Part shown: positions 21,618 to 36,600 of the stretch, piece by piece
Numbering within the stretch: position 1 is the stretch's first letter
Layout of the letters: the number at the start of each line of letters is the position of its first letter
NCBI GenBank assembly: GCA_026770705.1
Contig: JANJGN010000016.1
Span: 88,102,001 to 88,166,000 of the forward strand
DNA from: Isurus oxyrinchus
Taxonomy: Eukaryota
Length of the DNA: 64,000 nt
Direction: 5' to 3'
Translations under genes and position numbers: made by a program
Notes under the pieces: model-generated
What the model was told of the DNA's origin: nothing
The model's database searches: none
Seen by the model: only the letters and a program-made list of their open reading frames with translations

Positions 21618-24600
21618 TTCACCATCCAGTCTATGTACTCAGGTAAATCACACTTCACAATCCAGTCTGTGTACTCAGCTACACCACACTTCACAATTCA
21701 GTCTGTGTACTCAGGTACATCACACTTCACAATCCAGTCTGTGTACTCAGGTACATCACACATCACAATCCAATCTGTGTACTCAGGTACATCACACTTC
21801 ACAATCCAGTCTGTGTACTCAGGTACATCACACTTCACAATCGAGTCTGTGAACTCAGGTACATCACACTTCACAATCCAGTCTGTGAACTCAGGTACAT
21901 CACACTTCACAATCCAGTCTGTGTACTCAGGTACAACACACTTCACAATCCAGTCTGTGTACTCAGGTACATCACACTTCACAATCCAGGCAGTGTAGTC
22001 ACGTATAACACACTTCACAATCCAGTCAGTGTACTCAGGTACATCACACTTCACAAACCAGTCTGTGTACTCAGGTAAATCACACTTCACAATCCAGTCT
22101 GTGGATTCATATATACCACACTTCACAATCCAGTCTGTGTACTCAGGCACGTCAAACTTCACAATCCAGTCTGTGTACTCAGGCACGTCACACTTCACAA
22201 TCCAGTCTGTGTACTGATGTACACCACACTTCACATTCCGGTCTGTGTATTCAGGTACATCACACTTCACAATCCTGTCTGTGAACGCAGGTACATCACC
22301 CTTCACAATCCAATCTGTGTATTCAGGTACATTACACTTCAGAATCAAGTCTGTGTACTCAGGTACACGACACTTCACAATCCAGTCTGTGTACTCAGGT
22401 ACATCACACTTCACAATCCTGTCTGTGCACTCATGTACATCACACTTCACATTCAAGTCTGTGTACTCAGGTACATCGGATTTCACCATCCAGTCTCTGT
22501 AATCAGGTACATCACACTTCACATTTCAGTCTGTGTACTCAGGTACATCACATTTCACAATAAAGGCCGTGCACTCAGGTACATCACACATCACAATCCT
22601 GTCTGTGTACTGAGGTACATCACACTTCACAATCCTGTCTGCGTACTGAGGTACATCACACTTCACATTCCAGTCTGTGTACTCAGGTACATCACATTTC
22701 ACAAACCAGTCTGTGTACTCAGGTACCTCACACTTCACAATCAAGTCTGTGTACTGAGGTACACCACACATCAGAATCCAGTCTGTGTACTCAGGAGCAT
22801 CAAACGTCACAATCCAGTCTGTGTACTCAGGTACATCACACTTCACAATCCAGTCTGGGTAGTCAGGTACATCACACTTCACAATCCAGTCTGTGTACTC
22901 AAGTACATCACATTTCATAATCCAGTCTGTACTCAGGTACATTACACTTCACAATCCAGTCTGTGTACTCAGGTACATCACACTTCACAATCCAGTCTGT
23001 GCACTCAGGTACATCACACTACACAATCCAGTCTGTGTACTCAGGTACATCACACTTCACAATCCAGTCTGTGTACTCATGTACATCACACTTCACAATC
23101 CAGTCTGTGTACTCAGGCACATCACACTTCACAGTCCAGTCTGTGTACTCAGGTACATCACATTTCACAATCCAGTGTGTGTACTCAGGTACATCACATT
23201 TCATAATCCAGTCTCTGTACTCAGGTACATCACATTTCACAATCCAGTCTGAGTACTCAGGCACGTCACACTTCACAATCCAGTCTGTGTACTAATGTAC
23301 ACCACACTTCACATTCCTGTCTGTGTATTCAGGTACATCACACTTCACAATCCTGTCTGTGAACTCAGGTACATCAAACTTCACAATCCAGTCTGTGTAT
23401 TCAGGTACATTACACTTCAGAATCAAGTCTGTGTACTCAGGTACACGACACTTCAAAATCCAGTCTGTTTACTCAGGTACATCACACTTCACAATGCTGT
23501 CTGTGCAGTCATGTACATCACACTTCACATTCAAGTCTGTGTACTCAGGTGCATCGCATTTCACCATCTAGTCTCTGTGCTCAGGTACATCACACTTCAC
23601 AATCCAGTCTGTGTACTCAGGTACATCACATTTCATAATCCAGTCTGCGTACTCAGGTACATCACACTTCACAATCCAGTCTGTGTACTCAGGTACATCA
23701 CACTTCACAATCCAGTCTGTGTACTCAGGTACATCACACTTCACAATTCAGTCTGTGTACTCAGGTACATCACACTTCACAATCCAGTCTGTGTAGACAG
23801 GTACATCACACATCACAATCCAGTCTGTGTACTCAGGTACATCACACTTCACAATTCAGTCTGTGTACTCAGGTACATCACACTTCACAATCCAGTCTGT
23901 GTACTCAGGTACATCACACTTCACAATCCAGTCTGTGTACTCAGGTACATCACACTACACAATCCAGTCTGTGTACTCAGGTACATCACACTTCACAATC
24001 CAGTCTGTGTACTCAGGTACATCACACTTCACAATCCAGTCTGTGTACTCAGGTACATCACACTTCACAGTCCAGTCTGTGTACTCAGGTACATCACATT
24101 TCACAATCCAGTGTGTGTACTCAGGTACATCACATTTCATAATCCAGTCTCTGTACTCAGGTACATCACATTTCACAATCCAGTCTGAGTACTCAGGCAC
24201 GTCACACTTCACAATCCAGTCTGTGTACTAATGTACACCACACTTCACATTCCTGTCTGTGTATTCAGGTACATCACACTACACAATCCAGTCTGTGTAC
24301 TCAGGTACATCACACTTCACAATCCAGTCTGTGTACTCAGGTACATCACACTTCACAATCCAGTCTGTGTACTCAAGTACATCACACTTCACAATCCAGT
24401 CTGTGTACTGATGTACACCACACTTCACATTCCGGTCTGTGTATTCAGGTACATCACACTTCACAATCCTGTCTGTGAACTCAGGTACATCACAATTCAC
24501 AATCCAATCTGTGTATTCAGGTACATTACACTTCAGAATCAAGTCTGTGTACTCAGGTACATCACACTTCACAATCCTGTCTGTGCACTCATGTACATCA

Positions 24601-27600
24601 CACTTCACATTCAAGTCTGTGTACTCAGGTACATCGGATTTCACCATCCAGTCTCTGTACTCAGGTACATCACACTTCACATTTCAGTCTGTGTACTCAG
24701 GTACATCACATTTCACAATAAAGGCCGTGTACTCAGGTACATCACACTTCACAATCCTGTCTGTGTACTGAGGTACATCACACTTCACAAAACTGTCTGC
24801 GTACTGAGGTACATCACACTTCACATTCCAGTCTGTGTACTCAGGTTCATCACATTTCACAATCCAGTCTGTGTACTCAGGTACCTCACAATTCACAATC
24901 AAGTCTGTGTACTGAGGTACACCACACATCACAATCCAGTCTGTGTACTCAGGAGCATCAAACTTCACAATCCAGTCTGTGTACTCAGGTACATCACACT
25001 TCACAATCCAGTCTGTGTACTCAGGTACATCACACTACACAATCCAGTCTGTGTACTCAGGTACATCACACTTCACAATCCAGTCTGTGTACTCAGGTAC
25101 ATCACACTTCACAATCCAGTCTGTGTACTCAGGTACATCACACTTCACAGTCCAGTCTGTGTACTCAGGTACATCACATTTCACAATCCAGTGTGTGTAC
25201 TCAGGTACATCACATTTCATAATCCAGTCTCTGTACTCAGGTACATCACATTTCACAATCCAGTCTGAGTACTCAGGCACGTCACACTTCACAATCCAGT
25301 CTGTGTACTAATGTACACCACACTTCACATTCCTGTCTGTGTATTCAGGTACATCACACTACACAATCCAGTCTGTGTACTCAGGTACATCACACTTCAC
25401 AATCCAGTCTGTGTACTCAGGTACATCACACTTCACAATCCAGTCTGTGTACTCAGGTACATCACACTTCACAATCCAGTCTGTGTACTGATGTACACCA
25501 CACTTCACATTCCGGTCTGTGTATTCAGGTACATCACACTTCACAATCCTGTCTGTGAACTCAGGTACATCACAATTCACAATCCAATCTGTGTATTCAG
25601 GTACATTACACTTCAGAATCAAGTTTGTGTACTCAGGTACACGACACTTCACAATCTAGTCTGTGTACTCAGGTACATCACACTTCACAATCCTGTCTGT
25701 GCACTCATGTACATCACACTTCACATTCAAGTCTGTGTACTCAGGTACATCGGATTTCACCATCCAGTCTCTGTACTCAGGTACATCACACTTCACATTT
25801 CAGTCTGTGTACTCAGGTACATCACATTTCACAATAAAGGCCGTGTACTCAGGTACATCACACTTCACAATCCTGTCTGTGTACTGAGGTACATCACACT
25901 TCACAAACCTGTCTGCGTACTGAGGTACATCACACTTCACATTCCAGTCTGTGTACTCAGGTTCATCACATTTCACAATCCAGTCTGTGTACTCAGGTAC
26001 CTCACAATTCACAATCAAGTCTGTGTACTGAGGTACACCACACATCACAATCCAGTCTGTGTACTCAGGAGCATCAAACTTCACAATCCAGTCTGTGTAC
26101 TGAGGTACATCACACTTCACAATCCAGTCTGTGTACTCAGGTACATCACACTACACAATCCAGTCTGTGTACTCAGGTACATCACACTTCACAATCCAGT
26201 CTGTGTACTCAGGTACATCACACTTCACAATCCAGTCTGTGTACTCAGGTACATCACACTTCACAGTCCAGTCTGTGTACTCAGGTACATCACATTTCAC
26301 AATCCAGTGTGTGTACTCAGGTACATCACATTTCATAATCCAGTCTCTGTACTCAGGTACATCACATTTCACAATCCAGTCTGAGTACTCAGGCACGTCA
26401 CACTTCACAATCCAGTCTGTGTACTAATGTACACCACACTTCACATTCCTGTCTGCGTATTCAGGTACATCACACTTCACAATCCTGTCTGTGAACTCAG
26501 GTACATCAAACTTCACAATCCAGTCTGAGTATTCAGGTACATTACACTTCAGAATCAAGTCTGTGTACTCAGGTACACGACACTTCAAAATCCAGTCTGT
26601 TTACTCAGGTACATCACACTTCACAATGCTGTCTGTGCAGTCATGTACATCACACTTCACATTCAAGTCTGTGTACTCAGGTGCATCGCATTTCACCATC
26701 TAGTATCTGTGCTCAGGTACATCACACTTCACAATCCAGTCTGTGTACTCAGGTACATCACATTTCATAATCCAGTCTGCGTACTCAGGTACATCACACT
26801 TCACAATCCAGTCTGTGTACTCAGGTACATCACACTTCACAATCCAGTCTGTGTACTCAGGTACATCACACTTCACAATCCAGTCTGTGTACTCAGGTAC
26901 ATCACACTTCACAGTCCAGTTTGTGTACTCAGGTACATCACATTTCACAATCCAGTGTGTGTACTCAGGTACATCACATTTCACAATCCAGTCTCTGTAC
27001 TCAGGTACATCACATTTCACAATCCAGTCTGAGTACTCAGGCACGTCACACTTCACAATCCAGTCTGTGTACTAATGTACACCACACTTCACATTCCTGT
27101 CTGTGTATTCAGGTACATCACACTTCATAATCCTGTCTGTGAACTCAGGTACATCAAACTTCACAATCCAGTCTGTGTATTCAGGTACATTACACTTCAG
27201 AATCAAGGCTGTGTACTCAGGTACACGACACTTCACAATCCAGTCTGTTTACTCAGGTACATCACACTTCACAATGCTGTCTGTGCAGTCATGTACATCA
27301 CACTTCACATTCAAGTCTGTGTACTCAGGTGCATCGCATTTCATCATCTAGTCTCTGTGCTCAGGTACATCACACTTCACATTTCAGTCTGTGTACTCAG
27401 GTACATCACATTTCACAATCCTGTCTGTGTACTGAGGTACATCACACTTCACAATCCAGTCTGCGTACTGAGGTACATCACACTTCACATTCCAGTCTGT
27501 GTACTCAGGAACATCACATTTCACAATCCAGTCTGTGTACTCAGGTCCATCACACTTCACAATCAAGTCTGTGTACTGAGGTACACCACACATCACAATA

Positions 27601-30600
27601 CAGTCTGTGTACTCAGGAGCATCAAACTTCACAATCCAGTCTGTGTACTCAGGTACATCACTCTTCACATTCCAGTCTGTGTACTCAGGTACATCACACT
27701 TCACAATCCAGTCTGTGTACTCAGGTACATCACATTTCATAATCCAGTCTGTGTACTCAGGTACATCACACTTCACAATCCAGTCTGTGTACTCAGGTAC
27801 ATCACACTTCACAATTCAGTCTGTGTACTCAGGTACATCACACTTCACAATACATTCTGTGTACTCAGGTACATCACACTTCACAATCCAGTCTGTGTAC
27901 TCAGGTACATCACACTTCACAAGCCAGTCTGTGTACTCAGGTACATCACATTTCATAATCCAGTCTGTACTCAGGTACATCACACTTCACAATCCAGTCT
28001 GTGTACTCAGGTACATCACACTTCACAATCCAGTCTGTGTACTCAGGTACATCACAATACACAATCCAGTCTGTGTACTCAGGTACATCACATTTCACAA
28101 TAAAGGCCGTGTACTGAGGTACATCACACTTCACAATCCTGTCTGTGTACTGAGGTACATCACACTTCATAATCCTGTCTGCGTACTGAGGTAAATCACA
28201 CTTCACATTCCAGTCTGTGTACTCAGGTGCATCACATTTCACAATCCAGTCTGTGTACTCAGGTACCTCACACTTCACAATCAAGTCTGTGTACTGAGGT
28301 ACACCACACATCAGAATCCAGTCTGTGTACTCAGGAGCATCAAACTTCACAATCCAGTCTGTGTACTCAGGTTCATCACACTTCACAATCCTGTCTGTGT
28401 ACTCAGTTACATCACACTTCACAATCCAGTCTGTGTACTCAGGTACATCACATTTCATAATCCAGTCTGTACTCAGGTACATTACACTTCACAATCCAGT
28501 CTGTGTACTCAGGTACATCACACTTCACAATCCAGTCTGTGTACTCAGGTACATCACACTACACAATCCAGTCTGTGTACTCAGGTACATCACACTTCAC
28601 AATCCAGTCTGTGTACTCAGGTACATCACACTTCACAATCCAGTCTGTGTACTCAGGTACATCACACTTCACAGTCCAGTCTGTGTACTCAGGTACATCA
28701 CATTTCACAATCCAGTGTGTGTACTCAGGTACATCACATTTCATAATTCAGTCTGTGTACTCAGGTACATCACACTTCACAATCCAGTCTGAGTACTCAG
28801 GCACGTCACAATTCACAATCCAGTCTGTGTACTAATGTACACCACACTTCACATTCCTGTCTGTGTATTCAGGTACATCACACTTCACAATCTTGTCTGT
28901 GAACTCAGGTACATCAAACTTCACAATCCAGTCTGTGTATTCAGGTACATTACACTTCAGAATCAAGTCTGTGTACTCAGGTACACGACACTTCACAATC
29001 CAGTCTGTGTACTCAGGTACATCACACTTCACAATGCTCTCTGTGCAGTCATGTACATCACACTTCACATTCAAGTCTGTGTACTCAGGTGCATCGCATT
29101 TCACCATCTAGTCTCTGTGCTCAGGTACATCACACTTCACATTTCAGTCTGTGTACTCAGGTACATCACATTTCACAATCCTGTCTGTGTACTGAGGTAC
29201 ATCACACTTCACAATCCAGTCTGCGTACTGAGGTACATCACACTTCACATTCCAGTCTGTGTACTCAGGTACATCACATTTCACAATCCAGTCTGTGTAC
29301 TCAGGTCCATCACACTTCACAATCAAGTCTGTGTACTGAGGTACACCACACATCACAATCCAGTCTGTGTACTCAGGAGCATCAAACTTCACAATCCAGT
29401 CTGTGTACTCAGTTACATCACACTTCGCAATCCAGTCTGTGTACTCAGGCACATCACACTTCACAATCCAGTCTGTGTACTCAGGTCCATCACATTTCAT
29501 AATCCAGTCTGTGTACTCAGGTACATCACACTTCACAATCCAGTCTGTGTACTCAGGTACATCACACTTCACAATCCAGTCTGTGTAATCAGGTACATCA
29601 CACTTCACAATTCAGTCTGTGTACTCAGGTACATCACACTTCACAATCCAGTCTGTGTAGTCAGGTACATCACACATCACAATCCAGTCTGTGTACTCAG
29701 GTACATCACACTTCATAATTCAGTCTGTGTACTCAGGTACATCACAATTCACAATCCTGTCTGTGTACTCAGGTACATCACACTTCACAATCCTGTCTGT
29801 GTACTGAGGTACATCACACTTCATAATCCTGTCTGCGTACTGAGGTAAATCACACTTCACATTCCAGTCTGTGTACTCAGGTGCATCACATTTCACAATC
29901 CAGTCTGTGTACTCAGGTACCTCACACTTCACAATCAAGTCTGTGTACTGAGGTACACCACACATCAGAATCCAGTCTGTGTACTCAGGAGCATCAAACT
30001 TCACAATCCAGTCTGTGTACTCAGGTTCATCACACTTCACAATCCTGTCTGTGTACTCAGTTACATCACACTTCACAATCCAGTCTGTGTACTCAGGTAC
30101 ATCACATTTCATAATCCAGTCTGTACTCAGGTACATTACACTTCACAATCCAGTCTGTGTACTCAGGTACATCACACTTCACAATCCAGTCTGTGTACTC
30201 AGGTACATCACACTACACAATCCAGTCTGTGTACTCAGGTACATCACACTTCACAATCCAGTCTGTGTACTCAGGTACATCACACTTCACAATCCAGTCT
30301 GTGTACTCAGGTACATCACACTTCACAGTCCAGTCTGTGTACTCAGGTACATCACATTTCACAATCCAGTGTGTGTACTCAGGTACATCACATTTCATAA
30401 TTCAGTCTGTGTACTCAGGTACATCACACTTCACAATCCAGTCTGAGTACTCAGGCACGTCACAATTCACAATCCAGTCTGTGTACTAATGTACACCACA
30501 CTTCACATTCCTGTCTGTGTATTCAGGTACATCACACTTCACAATCTTGTCTGTGAACTCAGGTACATCAAACTTCACAATCCAGTCTGTGTATTCAGGT

Positions 30601-33600
30601 ACATTACACTTCAGAATCAAGTCTGTGTACTCAGGTACACGACACTTCACAATCCAGTCTGTGTACTCAGGTACATCACACTTCACAATGCTCTCTGTGC
30701 AGTCATGTACATCACACTTCACATTCAAGTCTGTGTACTCAGGTGCATCGCATTTCACCATCTAGTCTCTGTGCTCAGGTACATCACACTTCACATTTCA
30801 GTCTGTGTACTCAGGTACATCACATTTCACAATCCTGTCTGTGTACTGAGGTACATCACACTTCACAATCCAGTCTGCGTACTGAGGTACATCACACTTC
30901 ACATTCCAGTCTGTGTACTCAGGTACATCACATTTCACAATCCAGTCTGTGTACTCAGGTCCATCACACTTCACAATCAAGTCTGTGTACTGAGGTACAC
31001 CACACATCACAATCCAGTCTGTGTACTCAGGAGCATCAAACTTCACAATCCAGTCTGTGTACTCAGTTACATCACACTTCGCAATCCAGTCTGTGTACTC
31101 AGGCACATCACACCTCACAATCCAGTCTGTGTACTCAGGTCCATCACATTTCATAATCCAGTCTGTGTACTCAGGTACATCACACTTCACAATCCAGTCT
31201 GTGTACTCAGGTACATCACACTTCACAATCCAGTCTGTGTAATCAGGTACATCACACTTCACAATTCAGTCTGTGTACTCAGGTACATCACACTTCACAA
31301 TCCAGTCTGTGTAGTCAGGTACATCACACATCACAATCCAGTCTGTGTACTCAGGTACATCACACTTCATAATTCAGTCTGTGTACTCAGGTACATCACA
31401 ATTCACAATCCTGTCTGTGTACTCAGGTACATCACACTTCACAATGCAGTCTGTGTACTCAGGTACATCACACATCACAATCCAGTCTGTGTATTCAGGA
31501 GCATCAAACTTCACAATCCAGTCTGTGTACTCAGGTACATCACACTTCACAATCCAGTCTGTGTACTCAGGTACAACACACTTCACAATCCAGTCTGTGT
31601 ACTCAGGTACATCACACTTCACAATCCAGGCAGTGTAGTCACGTATAACACACTTCACAATCCAGTCAGTGTACTGAGGTACATCACACTTCACAATCCA
31701 GTCTGCGTACTGAGGTACATCACACTTCACATTCCAGTCTGTGTACTCAGGTACATCACATTTCACAATCCAGTCTGTGTACTCAGGTTCATCACACATC
31801 ACAATTCAGTCTGTGTACTCAGGTACATCACACTTCACAATCCAGTCTGTGTACTCAGGTACATCACATTTCACAATCCAGTCTGTGTACTCAGGCACGT
31901 CACACTTCACAATCCAGTCTGTGTACTCAGGCACGTCACATTTCACAATCCAGTCTTTTTATTCAGGTACATCACACTTCAGAATCCAGTCTGTGTACTC
32001 AGGTATATCACACTGCACAATCCAGTCTGTGTACTCAGGTATATCACACTGTACAATCCAGTCTGTGTTCTTAGGCACATCACGCGTCACAATCCAGTAT
32101 GTGTACTCAGGTACATCATACTTCACAATCCAGTATGTGTACTCAGGCACGTCACACTTCACAATCCAGTATGTGTACTCAGGCACGTCACACTTCACAA
32201 TCCAGTCTGTGTACTCAGGCACGTCACACTTCACAATCCAGTCCGTGTACTCAGGTACGTCACACTTCACAATACATTCTGTGAACTCAGGTACGTCACA
32301 CTTCACAATCCAGTCTGTGTACTCAGGTACATCACACTTCACAATCCAGTCTGTGTACTCAGGTATATCACACTGCACAATCCAGTCTGTGTACTCAGGT
32401 ATATCACACTTCACAATCCAGTGTCTGTACTCAGGTACATCACACTTCACAATTCAGTCTGTGTACACAGGTACATCACACTTCACAATCCAGTCTGTGT
32501 ACACAGGTACATCACACTTCACAATCCAGTCTGTGTTCTCAGGAACATCACGCTTCACAATCCAGTCTGTGTACTCAGGTACATCATACTTCACAATCCA
32601 GTATGTGTACTCAGGCACGTCACACTTCACAATCCAGTATGTGTACTCAGGCACGTCACACTTCACAATCCAGTCTGTGTACTCAGGCACCTCACACTTC
32701 ACAATCCTGTCTGTGTACTCAGGTACGTCACACTTCACAATCCAGTCTGTGTACTCAGGTACATCACACTTCACAATCCAGTCTGTGTACTCAGGTACAT
32801 CACGTTACACAATCCAGTATATGTCCTCAGGTACATCAAACTTCACAATCCAGTCTGTGTACTCAGGTACATCAAACATCACAATCCAGCCTGTGTACTC
32901 AGGTACATCACACTTCACAATCCAGACTGTGTACTCAGGTACATCACACTTCACAATCCAGTCCATGCATTCAGGTACATCACACTTCACAATCCAGTCT
33001 GTGTACTCAGGTACATCACATTTCACAATCCAGTCTCTGTACTCTGGTACATCACATTTCATAATCCAGTCTCTGTACTCAGGTACATCACATTTCACAA
33101 TCCAGTCTGTGTGCTCAGGCACGTCACATTTCATAATCCAGTCTGTGTACTCAGGTACATCACATTTCACAATCCAGTCTGTGTACTCAGGTATATCACA
33201 CTGCAGATTCCAGTCTGTGTACTCAGGTATATCACACTGCACAATCCAGTATGTGTACTCAGGCACGTCACACTTCACAATCCAGTCTGTGTACTCAGGT
33301 ACATCATACTTCACAATCCAGTATGTGTACTCAGGCACGTCTTACTTCACAATCCAGTATGTGTACTCTGGCACGTCACACTTCACAATCCAGTCTGTGT
33401 ACTCAGGCACGTCACACTTCACAATCCAGTCTGTGTACTCAGGTACGTCACACTTCACAATCCACTCTGTGTACTCAGGCACGTCACACTTCACAATCCA
33501 CTATGTGTACTCTGGCACGTCACACTTCACAATCCAGTCTGTGTACTCAGGTACGTCACACTTCACAATCCATTCTGTGTACTCAGGTACGTCACACTTC

Positions 33601-36600
33601 ACAATCCAGTCTTTGTACTCAGGTATATCACACTGCACAATCCAGTCTCTGTTCTCAGGAACATCACGCTTCAAAATCCAGTCTGTGTACTCAGGTACAT
33701 CATACTTCACAATCCAGTATGTGTACTCAGGCACGTCACACTTCACAATCAAGTATGTGTACTCAGGCATGTCACAATTCACAATCCAGTCTGTGTACTC
33801 AGGCCCGTCACACTTCACAATCCAGTCTGTGTACACAGGTACATCACACTTCACAATCCAGTCTGGGTTCTCAGGAACATCACGCTTCACAATCCAGTCT
33901 GTGTACTCAGGTACATCATACTTCACAATCCAGTATGTGTACTCAGGCACGTCACACTTCACAATCCAGTATGTGTACTCAGGCACGTCACACTTCACAA
34001 TCCAGTCTGTGTACTCAGGCACCTCACACTTCACAATCCTGTTTGTGTACTCAGGTACGTCACACTACACAATCCAGTCTGTGTACTCAGGTACATCACA
34101 CTTCACAATCCAGTCTGTGTACTCAGGTACATCACGCTACACAATCCAGTATGTGTCCTCAGGTACATCACACTTCACAATCCAGTCTGTGTACTCAGGT
34201 ACATCACACTTCACAATCCAGTCTGTGTACTCAGGTACATCACACATCACAATCCAGTCTGTGTACTCAGGTACGACACACTTCACAGTCCAGTCTGTGT
34301 ACTCAGGTACATCACATTTCACAATGCGGTCTGTGTACTCAGGTACATCACATTTCACAATCCAGTCTGTGTACTCAGGTACATCACATTTCACAATGCG
34401 GTCTGTGTACTCAGGTACATCACATTTCACAATCCAGTCTGTGTACTCAGGTACATAACATTTCACAATTAAGTCTGTGTACTCAGGTACATCACACTAC
34501 ACAATCCAGTCTGTGTACTCAGGGACATCACACTTCACAATCCAGTCTGTGTACTCAGGTACATCACACTTCACAATCCTGTCTGTGAACTCAGGTACAT
34601 CAAACTTCACAATCCAGTCTGAGTATTCAGGTACATTACACTTCAGAATCAAGTCTGTGTACTCAGGTACACGACACTTCAAAATCCAGTCTGTTTACTC
34701 AGGTACATCACACTTCACAATGCTGTCTGTGCAGTCATGTACATCACACTTCACATTCAAGTCTGTGTACTCAGGTGCATCGCATTTCACCATCTAGTAT
34801 CTGTGCTCAGGTACATCACACTTCACAATCCAGTCTGTGTACTCAGGTACATCACATTTCATAATCCAGTCTGCGTACTCAGGTACATCACACTTCACAA
34901 TCCAGTCTGTGTACTCAGGTACATCACACTTCACAATCCAGTCTGTGTACTCAGGTACATCACACTTCACAATCCAGTCTGTGTACTCAGGTACATCACA
35001 CTTCACAGTCCAGTTTGTGTACTCAGGTACATCACATTTCACAATCCAGTGTGTGTACTCAGGTACATCACATTTCACAATCCAGTCTCTGTACTCAGGT
35101 ACATCACATTTCACAATCCAGTCTGAGTACTCAGGCACGTCACACTTCACAATCCAGTCTGTGTACTAATGTACACCACACTTCACATTCCTGTCTGTGT
35201 ATTCAGGTACATCACACTTCACAATCCTGTCTGTGAACTCAGGTACATCAAACTTCACAATCCAGTCTGTGTATTCAGGTACATTACACTTCAGAATCAA
35301 GGCTGTGTACTCAGGTACACGACACTTCACAATCCAGTCTGTTTACTGAGGTACATCACACTTCACAATGCTGTCTGTGCAGTCATGTACATCACACTTC
35401 ACATTCAAGTCTGTGTACTCAGGTGCATCGCATTTCATCATCTAGTCTCTGTGCTCAGGTACATCACACTTCACATTTCAGTCTGTGTACTCAGGTACAT
35501 CACATTTCACAATCCTGTCTGTGTACTGAGGTACATCACACTTCACAATCCAGTCTGCGTACTGAGGTACATCACACTTCACATTCCAGTCTGTGTACTC
35601 AGGAACATCACATTTCACAATCCAGTCTGTGTACTCAGGTCCATCACACTTCACAATCAAGTCTGTGTACTGAGGTACACCACACATCACAATACAGTCT
35701 GTGTACTCAGGAGCATCAAACTTCACAATCCAGTCTGTGTACTCAGGTACATCACTCTTCACATTCCAGTCTGTGTACTCAGGTACATCACACTTCACAA
35801 TCCAGTCTGTGTACTCCGGTACATCACATTTCATAATCCAGTCTGTGTACTCAGGTACATCACACTTCACAATCCAGTCTGTGTACTCAGGTACATCACA
35901 CTTCACAATTCAGTCTGTGTACTCAGGTACATCACACTTCACAATACATTCTGTGTACTCAGGTACATCACACTTCACAATCCAGTCTGTGTACTCAGGT
36001 ACATCACACTTCACAAGCCAGTCTGTGTACTCAGGTACATCACATTTCATAATCCAGTCTGTACTCAGGTACATCACACTTCACAATCCAGTCTGTGTAC
36101 TCAGGTACATCACACTTCACAATCCAGTCTGTGTACTCAGGTACATCACACTACACAATCCAGTCTGTGTACTCAGGTACATCACATTTCACAATAAAGG
36201 CCGTGTACTGAGGTACATCACACTTCACAATCCTGTCTGTGTACTGAGGTACATCACACTTCATAATCCTGTCTGCGTACTGAGGTAAATCACACTTCAC
36301 ATTCCAGTCTGTGTACTCAGGTGCATCACATTTCACAATCCAGTCTGTGTACTCAGGTACCTCACACTTCACAATCAAGTCTGTGTACTGAGGTACACCA
36401 CACATCAGAATCCAGTCTGTGTACTCAGGAGCATCAAACTTCACAATCCAGTCTGTGTACTCAGGTTCATCACACTTCACAATCCTGTCTGTGTACTCAG
36501 GTACATCACACTTCACAATCCAGTCTGTGTACTCAGGTACATCACATTTCATAATCCAGTCTGTACTCAGGTACATTACACTTCACAATCCAGTCTGTGT